From: a virus
Lineage: Duplodnaviria; Caudoviricetes
Strand: one strand, 5' to 3'
IMG/VR virus record: IMGVR_UViG_3300017903_001358
Span: 1-30,932 of that record
DNA length: 30,932 nt
Both the position numbers and the translations under genes were made by a program. The notes under the pieces were generated by a model, which saw only the letters and a program-made list of their open reading frames with translations, made no database searches and was not told where the DNA came from. Of the stretch, positions 1 through 5,636 are shown in pieces (the stretch's first letter is position 1; every line of letters begins with the position of its first letter).

Positions 1-37
1 CGCTAAGATTGTCTGCTATCTAAAACTAACTGTTGCA

Positions 38-128
38 GCTCGCGCTACGCGCTCGCTCCCCGATTGCACCGATAAAAAATATTTATACAGGGCAATCATG
101 ATCAATAAATAGAGCGAGCGTAGCGAGC
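38..128. repeat. Imperfect inverted repeat in AT-rich non-coding, genome-end-like region
   Basis: 38-58 GCTCGCGCTACGCGCTCGCTC vs 112-128 GAGCGAGCGTAGCGAGC (reverse complement GCTCGCTACGCTCGCTC); inner GATTGC (62-67)/GCAATC (92-97). Confidence 0.6.
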
Positions 129-240
129 GGGCTAATTATAATAACGACAACATAGATTAATCGGTATTTGTAATGCCCCCAATGGGGGATTTATTAGTAA
201 TTCTTATTAACAAAGAGGGTTCACAAATTTTTGTAATTTT

Positions 241-870
241 TTAAGGCCATACTGCCTTTGAAATGAGTGGGAACGCCTGTTGAAAGGCAAGTTTCGCCTG
301 TTGAGCGACAAGTTTATGTTCATATTGAGTACCATTTGCGGTACGGAGGTCAATATAATGAATCCAGGAGCGGAGAGTACCGTTCATATAGAGAGTAGTA
401 GGTGTTGAGAGGGGGAGAATATCTCTTGCACATTCTTTTGCGACACCTGCTTGTAACATTTCATTGTATAAGTTTTCAGTAAGATCAAATAGGCTATTAA
501 TTTTAACATTAAAGTCTTTAACAGTTATTGGATCTAAGTCATCAATACTATTCTGTCTATTTTGTGTATCTTGCCGTCGTAGCATGGGTATAGCGGCAGG
601 TTTAGTGACTTTAGCGTAACGTTGACTAAATTCTTGAAAGCTAAAGGAGCGATGACGGATAATTTGAGCAGCAACACTTCGGGTTGTCTCAATTTGGACA
701 CACATATTAACCATTTCAAATGGTGACCAATGTTTATGTTTAATAAGGTATTTAATCAGACGTTCACTGTTAGGGTTATCTTGATTAGCGGGGTTAGATA
801 CCCTAGCCATATATGCTACTAAGGATTCAGCATCTGGGGTGGTATGTACTAATGATACTGTATGATACAT
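241..870 (-). CDS. thyX: FAD-dependent thymidylate synthase ThyX
   Basis: Signature RHRSFSFQEFSQRY, HWSPFE, GVAKECAR.ILP, GTLRSWIHYI.LR. Confidence 0.96.
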   Translation of the reverse strand: MYHTVSLVHTTPDAESLVAYMARVSNPANQDNPNSERLIKYLIKHKHWSPFEMVNMCVQIETTRSVAAQIIRHRSFSFQEFSQRYAKVTKPAAIPMLRRQDTQNRQNSIDDLDPITVKDFNVKINSLFDLTENLYNEMLQAGVAKECARDILPLSTPTTLYMNGTLRSWIHYIDLRTANGTQYEHKLVAQQAKLAFQQAFPLISKAVWP

Positions 871-930
871 GTAATAGTAGTTTAGAGTAGTTAGTGGTAG
901 TATTTACAGGATGAACGGAAACGAATCATC

Positions 931-977
931 AAGTAAAGAAGGAAGGAGTGTCTTTTTAGACACGAGTTCCTTCCTTC
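931..977 (-). terminator. Long hairpin followed by TTTACTT between terL and thyX; terminator-like or processing site
   Basis: Minus strand GAAGGAAGGA-ACTC-GTGTCT-AAAA-AGACAC-TCCTTCCTTC-TTTACTT (10 bp + 6 bp stem with a 4-nt bulge). Confidence 0.5.
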
Positions 978-1010
978 GCAGAATTCGGGTCCACCCTTCC
1001 CTCCTCCTGT

Positions 1011-1025
1011 ATACGGTGGCCCATA
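1011..1025 (-). promoter_or_regulatory. Candidate phage RNA polymerase promoter downstream of terL
   Basis: TATGGGCCACCGTAT followed by purine-rich ACAGGAGGAGGG; 10/15 to the Syn5 promoter as recalled (ATTGGGCACCCGTAA); position analogous to T7 phiOR. Confidence 0.4.
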
Positions 1026-1039
1026 AAAGTTAAATCTTC

Positions 1040-2764
1040 TTAAATCCAGGTGGGGACTGAATTATTTGAATTGTTTTTAGCTTGTTGTCTTTGCTCATAA
1101 TTCATGCCCAAAACCATGTGATTTGCGGAGGATTGTGGGTCATCAATAAACTCTTCTAGCATTTGATTCCATTCCATACGTTTACGTTCTTTAATAGCTT
1201 CTTGGGCTGAGATACCCATTGCATCTGTAAAGTATTGGACACCTTGTGCTAGACAGTCAATTCTATCGTCGTGTTTCACTGCACCTTTTTCACGGCACAT
1301 GCGACTCATTTGATAGAAGAGCATATACATTAGTCTTCGTTCGGGAGCCTCATCTGGATTAGATTTGAAGTCCCATTCAATAACTCCTTTATCGACGACG
1401 AGTCGATGTTGGTTAAGGACGGGTTCGAGAGAATCGATGATTCGATCTTCTTTTCGAACTGTTGCACGCACTTCTTCAACGTCAATTCGTTGGTTTGTTT
1501 GTTGGAGGTGTTTGCGGAACAACTCGCTAACAATACCGTCACCAAAGTTAGTTTCAATGACAAGTTTAGATACTTCATACTTTTTACAACCTTTTAGAAT
1601 GTCCAAGAGCGTTTTGTCAGAGTATCCGTCTCGATAAGCACGCATTTCGTGCAAGTACAGAATACCGTTTCTTTGGGAGATATAAGCTGCCGTTGTCTCA
1701 TCTGAGCCACGACCCGACGGATCAACACTGCAGATTGTTTCTGAGTAAGAATCCCATGTTCCTTGTAACTGCATTGGAGAGTAGAAATAATCTCCAGGTA
1801 GTCCGACAGTGGGGAGTTCTTTGATAACGTTTTGCGGATCTGAGCACCAGATAACGGACTCAGGAGCAGTAGTAGGATTGATACTGGTAACGACCAGATC
1901 AGAGCATTTAAGGGGAAATTTGTCAGCATCGGATAAACTGGTATCTAACATGAACTGCAACATGAAGTTGCTACGACCCATTGATGCTTCACGTTCAATC
2001 AGGTCATCATTATCAAACCTATCATCTGTTGGTTCCCATTTTTCAGCACCGTTATCAATGTCTTCGACCAGCTGAGGCGCTAGAAGGCCCTCGTAATTAC
2101 TTGTCTTACGTGGGTATCGTGCAGGCCAGACAAAGGGCTTGTAAGAGCGTTCTGCAAGCCTCTTATAGACCGTAAAGGTAGTTTGGGGTGTACCTAAGTA
2201 CATGATACGAGAATCATCTTTTGGTGTAAGGATAGATTCAGCTTCTGTACAAAGTTGTAGCAGCTTCTCCCGCATCATTTCAGTCATTGAGTTACCGGGA
2301 ACTTCAATGTCATCGAGAATCATGAGGTCAGCACGAGAACCGGTAAGCTGACCTGTAATACCCACTGATTTAACAGAAGGTGCTTGGTGAGGGGAACAGT
2401 TAATGTCAAATGATACCCGTGACCAACGGGAGTCATCAGATTTAGGGCGCATATGCACCAACCAGGGTGTTTCAATGATTAATTTCTGTAAGAAGATTGA
2501 CATGTTATCCGCCCGTTCTTTAGAGGCGGAGATAATCATTATCTTTTTTTCAGCGTTATTAAAAAGCGTCCACAGAACAAAGGCTCCAGTAATCCAGCTC
2601 TTTCCTACTCCACGGAAAGCTTGTATTTGAAGACGTTTAGGTCCATGCTGAAGATAGTCTGCGATTGCATATTGTGCACGGGTAGGGTTAGGTAAACCAA
2701 GCTCTACCCACAAAGCCTGTAGGAAGAGCTTGAAATCGCCTCTAAGGAGGTCTAAAGTATTCAT
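1040..2764 (-). CDS. terL: Terminase large subunit (T7 gp19-like, DNA maturase B)
   Basis: Walker A AFRGVGKS, GITGQLTGSRAD, Walker B ILDDIE, LGTPQ, nuclease VDPSGRGSDET and HDDRIDCLA. Confidence 0.97.
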   Translation of the reverse strand: MNTLDLLRGDFKLFLQALWVELGLPNPTRAQYAIADYLQHGPKRLQIQAFRGVGKSWITGAFVLWTLFNNAEKKIMIISASKERADNMSIFLQKLIIETPWLVHMRPKSDDSRWSRVSFDINCSPHQAPSVKSVGITGQLTGSRADLMILDDIEVPGNSMTEMMREKLLQLCTEAESILTPKDDSRIMYLGTPQTTFTVYKRLAERSYKPFVWPARYPRKTSNYEGLLAPQLVEDIDNGAEKWEPTDDRFDNDDLIEREASMGRSNFMLQFMLDTSLSDADKFPLKCSDLVVTSINPTTAPESVIWCSDPQNVIKELPTVGLPGDYFYSPMQLQGTWDSYSETICSVDPSGRGSDETTAAYISQRNGILYLHEMRAYRDGYSDKTLLDILKGCKKYEVSKLVIETNFGDGIVSELFRKHLQQTNQRIDVEEVRATVRKEDRIIDSLEPVLNQHRLVVDKGVIEWDFKSNPDEAPERRLMYMLFYQMSRMCREKGAVKHDDRIDCLAQGVQYFTDAMGISAQEAIKERKRMEWNQMLEEFIDDPQSSANHMVLGMNYEQRQQAKNNSNNSVPTWI

Positions 2765-2810
2765 AGGTACAATCTAGCGTGGGAGGGGTGGAAGAGGCTT
2801 ACAGAGGCTT

Positions 2811-3980
2811 CTAGTAGCCAAATAGAATTGCCCCACCTATAGCTTTAAGACCACCAAGAACTTGTTTGCCTACATATTCAAGTTCATTCATTGGGTCGTT
2901 AAAAATTTTATCGGCGGCAGTTGGCGTTGCTTTTCGTTGTTTGGCTTTTTGTAACTCTAGTTCTGTCCGTTCTTGACCGCCAGTACCTATAGCTGCAGGA
3001 TCAGCAGTAAAAATGTCACCTACAACAGGTACTTCACCAACAGCGGTTTCAAATGCAGTAACTTTAGCTGCTTCAGTTTCTCCAGCTATAGCTTGCTGAC
3101 CTGCAACAATGCCGCCAACAACAGCACCTGCAAATGGAACTAACCCAGCGGTACGTCTAAGTACAGCTTTACCGCCTGAAAATTCAAAAGATTCAGCAAA
3201 TCTTTGAGGTATGTCAGTTTGTTTAATTTCCTTTTTAATTTGCTGAATACGTTCAATTGATGTATCAGGAGAAAATGCTTCTGGGTAACCAGCTTGAGTT
3301 AATACAGAACGTTGTTGTTGTACAATAGGGTCTTGAGAAACAGTTTCAAAAATGTTTTGCTGTTTAACAATTTCTGGTTTTAAAGCTTCCGCAATTTCTG
3401 CAGGACTGCTTTGTAAAATTAAAGGGTCTTTACCAAGTTTAGTGCCGAAATCTTTAGTACCAGGACCGTGAAGAATAGGAGATCTACTAGGATCTGCCGG
3501 ATCACCATATCCTAATTCAGGGTCAAACACAGAACCTTTAGCTCCAGGTCTACCCAAATGTGAACGCTCATCAAACTGACTTGCGGCGTTTAAATTAGCA
3601 ATACCATTACCAGGGCGTGCCCCTGTTGCATCAAAAACACGCTCTTTTACTTCTTCCCAAGTATCAACTGGCAGTCTAAGACCAAGATCACCCCCAGTCC
3701 TGTTAGCAATAATGTGATGAAGTGGTATTTTATCGATAACCCCCCATTTTTTCATAAAACCGTCTTCTGTTTTTCTCAAAAGACTCATTAAAGTTTTATC
3801 GTCAACAGTGGGTTTTTCAAGAATTTCTGGATATACTGTAGGATCCCAAGAAAAAGCAGCACCAAAACGACGCCATCTTTTTAGTGAAGAGTCAGGTTTA
3901 TCCAAAGCTTCGAGGCGATCGATCTGTCCAACAATACGTTGACGAATAATTTCGTACGCTACTTTTTGTTCTTTATCCAT
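2811..3980 (-). CDS. Hypothetical protein; possible His-Me/LHH-like motif plus C-terminal Gly/Ala-rich hydrophobic segments
   Basis: 389-aa ORF coupled to the upstream HNH gene by a TAATG overlap; IPLHHII motif; GLVPFAGAVVGGIVAG and GGLKAIGGAILFGY. Confidence 0.75.
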   Translation of the reverse strand: MDKEQKVAYEIIRQRIVGQIDRLEALDKPDSSLKRWRRFGAAFSWDPTVYPEILEKPTVDDKTLMSLLRKTEDGFMKKWGVIDKIPLHHIIANRTGGDLGLRLPVDTWEEVKERVFDATGARPGNGIANLNAASQFDERSHLGRPGAKGSVFDPELGYGDPADPSRSPILHGPGTKDFGTKLGKDPLILQSSPAEIAEALKPEIVKQQNIFETVSQDPIVQQQRSVLTQAGYPEAFSPDTSIERIQQIKKEIKQTDIPQRFAESFEFSGGKAVLRRTAGLVPFAGAVVGGIVAGQQAIAGETEAAKVTAFETAVGEVPVVGDIFTADPAAIGTGGQERTELELQKAKQRKATPTAADKIFNDPMNELEYVGKQVLGGLKAIGGAILFGY

Positions 3981-4309
3981 TAAGAAATATGCTCCAATAA
4001 AACTTTTTCACGGAGTCTATTAACTCCAAATTTACGCCGCATCCAATCTAAGACGGGCGTACTTCCTTTTTCCTGATTACAATTGGTACAAGCACATACG
4101 ACATTCGTTGCAATATCTTCTCCACCACGAGAGCGAGGGTGAACATGGTCAATAGATAGTTGAGATAAGTCATAAGTCTTTCCGCAATAAATACAAGTGT
4201 GGTCGAAATGTTCCTTAATGCTGCGCCTCCAAAGGCGCTTCGCTTCTGGAGAGGTCATAACGATTAAGTTGTAAAGGTAGTCGTCAGGAGTAGGAAGTAA
4301 GGGAGTCAT
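3980..4309 (-). CDS. HNH endonuclease (McrA/HNH_5-like, Zn-binding)
   Basis: CIYCG...SIDHVHPRSRGG...NVVCACTNCNQEKG. Confidence 0.92.
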   Translation of the reverse strand: MTPLLPTPDDYLYNLIVMTSPEAKRLWRRSIKEHFDHTCIYCGKTYDLSQLSIDHVHPRSRGGEDIATNVVCACTNCNQEKGSTPVLDWMRRKFGVNRLREKVLLEHIS

Positions 4310-4542
4310 GCGCGTCCTTTTCGGGCTCGGTTTTTAGATGCTTTTTCTAAAAATGTTTTACCATTCTTTTTGTGTGATACATCTTTACCATCACGATTAC
4401 CATATGTACCGCGTTTGCGGTTTTCCTTATTTAATTCAGATCGTTTTTTGATCTGTAGTTTAGATGAATCGTACTTCTTTTGGTACGATTTGTAATTACC
4501 GTTAGCGTATTTAGGACCGCTATATTTAGACATTCGGGCCAT
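4306..4542 (-). CDS. Small basic protein with minimal HNH-like motif
   Basis: Lys/Arg-rich; DGKDVSH...SKNRAR resembles compact phage HNH-like proteins; overlaps both neighbours. Confidence 0.65.
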   Translation of the reverse strand: MARMSKYSGPKYANGNYKSYQKKYDSSKLQIKKRSELNKENRKRGTYGNRDGKDVSHKKNGKTFLEKASKNRARKGRA

Positions 4543-4774
4543 TTAACCTCCGTTGCACAAGTTCGGGGTCTACTTTCGGCATAACTGCAGCTAATTTAGA
4601 AAGAGGGCTGCCATCCATAGCAACCCCACTAATGTCATTCGTTTTCAACCAATCACAAGCTGCTTTGAGATCAGCTGTAGAAGCCTCACCCGATTTGATA
4701 CGGGCGAGGAACTCCTTAGTAACTAGATTGTGTAGTTCGTTAAATTGGTCTTCTGTAGCCTTTTTCTTAGACAT
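4526..4774 (-). CDS. terS: Terminase small subunit (T7 gp18-like, DNA maturase A)
   Basis: KATEDQFNELH...L.RIKSGEA..ADL.AA..WLK.NDI; likely start is the ATG at 4774 (MSKKK) rather than the TTG at 4807. Confidence 0.85.
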   Translation of the reverse strand: MSKKKATEDQFNELHNLVTKEFLARIKSGEASTADLKAACDWLKTNDISGVAMDGSPLSKLAAVMPKVDPELVQRRLNGPNV

Positions 4775-5021
4775 TTCGGAGTACAATTTGATCAAGTTTG
4801 GTTTCAATGCGTACCATATGATCTTCCATCCGACTTAACAGTTTGGCTAACTCAGACTTCTTAACATAATCAGAAGCCACAGTAAGCTCGATGTGGTCAA
4901 TTCGGCGGTCAAGCATATTAATACGTTGATGAACATTGTTTACTCTCGCATGTAACCTGCTATTTAGCGCGGCACCAGCTGCAACAGCTGCAATCGATAC
5001 GCTTACTATGGCTTCAATCAT
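4767..5021 (-). CDS. Small membrane-anchored coiled-coil protein (possible lysis/holin-like)
   Basis: N-terminal hydrophobic helix then heptad-like segment ending RIETKLDQI; position between fibre and terS as for T7 lysis genes. Confidence 0.7.
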   Translation of the reverse strand: MIEAIVSVSIAAVAAGAALNSRLHARVNNVHQRINMLDRRIDHIELTVASDYVKKSELAKLLSRMEDHMVRIETKLDQIVLRNV

Positions 5022-5182
5022 TTGTTGTTAGGGAAAAGTCCGTTACGAATAAATTCTACAGCTTGATCATCAATATCGTTGTCGGTAGATTCAGCAAGCT
5101 TGCTAAGCAGGTCAACAATAAGACGCTTAACTTGTTCAGATTGGAGGAAGGCAAAGAGGATTGGACGGATAAGCTTAATCAT
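5018..5182 (-). CDS. 54-aa small protein not in the ORF track (MIKLIRPILFAFLQSEQVKRLIVDLLSKLAESTDNDIDDQAVEFIRNGLFPNNK)
   Basis: Manually translated; fills the gap exactly, ATGA overlap with next gene; amphipathic with a TDNxIDD motif typical of small cyanophage proteins. Confidence 0.85.
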   Translation of the reverse strand: MIKLIRPILFAFLQSEQVKRLIVDLLSKLAESTDNDIDDQAVEFIRNGLFPNNK

Positions 5183-5187
5183 GATAA

Positions 5188-5634
5188 TTAGTTATTAGGT
5201 TTAGGAGGCCAAACAGGGTTGGCTGGATCGATTGTGTTAGCAGGAAGATCTCTCAAAGCTTGGCGGTAAACCCGCATTTCTTCAGTAAGAGTCTGATCTG
5301 TTAAAGCAAGGTAATCTGTTTCAGCTAATTCATAGTCTCTATCTCGACGTAAATATGCCCAATGATCTTCAATAGTAGGTACATATTCAGGCTCGGGCTC
5401 TGGAACATCAATATCTTCTGCAGGCTGGGGGTCTGGTTCCACTACGGGCGGAGGAATCAGTTCAATATCCCATAACTCTCCATCCCAGCGAGCGTGAAAA
5501 TCTTCACCATATTCAGGTACTTCTACAGCAGTTGCCTTTGCAGGAATCAAAAATACACCTGGTTCTAAAGGGCTTTCAGTGGCCTCAGTAGAACCAATGT
5601 AAATCCCTTCATCGTTGTAATGATAAATTTGCAT
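5188..5634 (-). CDS. Tail fibre assembly chaperone (Tfa-like)
   Basis: N-term IYHY...YIG...ESPLEPGVFLIPA.AT (Tfa-like); C-term LRRDRD..LAETDY...YRQALRDLP...WP; directly downstream of fibre. Confidence 0.85.
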   Translation of the reverse strand: MQIYHYNDEGIYIGSTEATESPLEPGVFLIPAKATAVEVPEYGEDFHARWDGELWDIELIPPPVVEPDPQPAEDIDVPEPEPEYVPTIEDHWAYLRRDRDYELAETDYLALTDQTLTEEMRVYRQALRDLPANTIDPANPVWPPKPNN

Positions 5635-5636
5635 AA

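Noticed and set aside
4775-4807. N-terminal extension of TerS from the TTG start in the ORF track
   Set aside because: Lies inside the upstream gene; the ATG at 4774 gives a typical short overlap.
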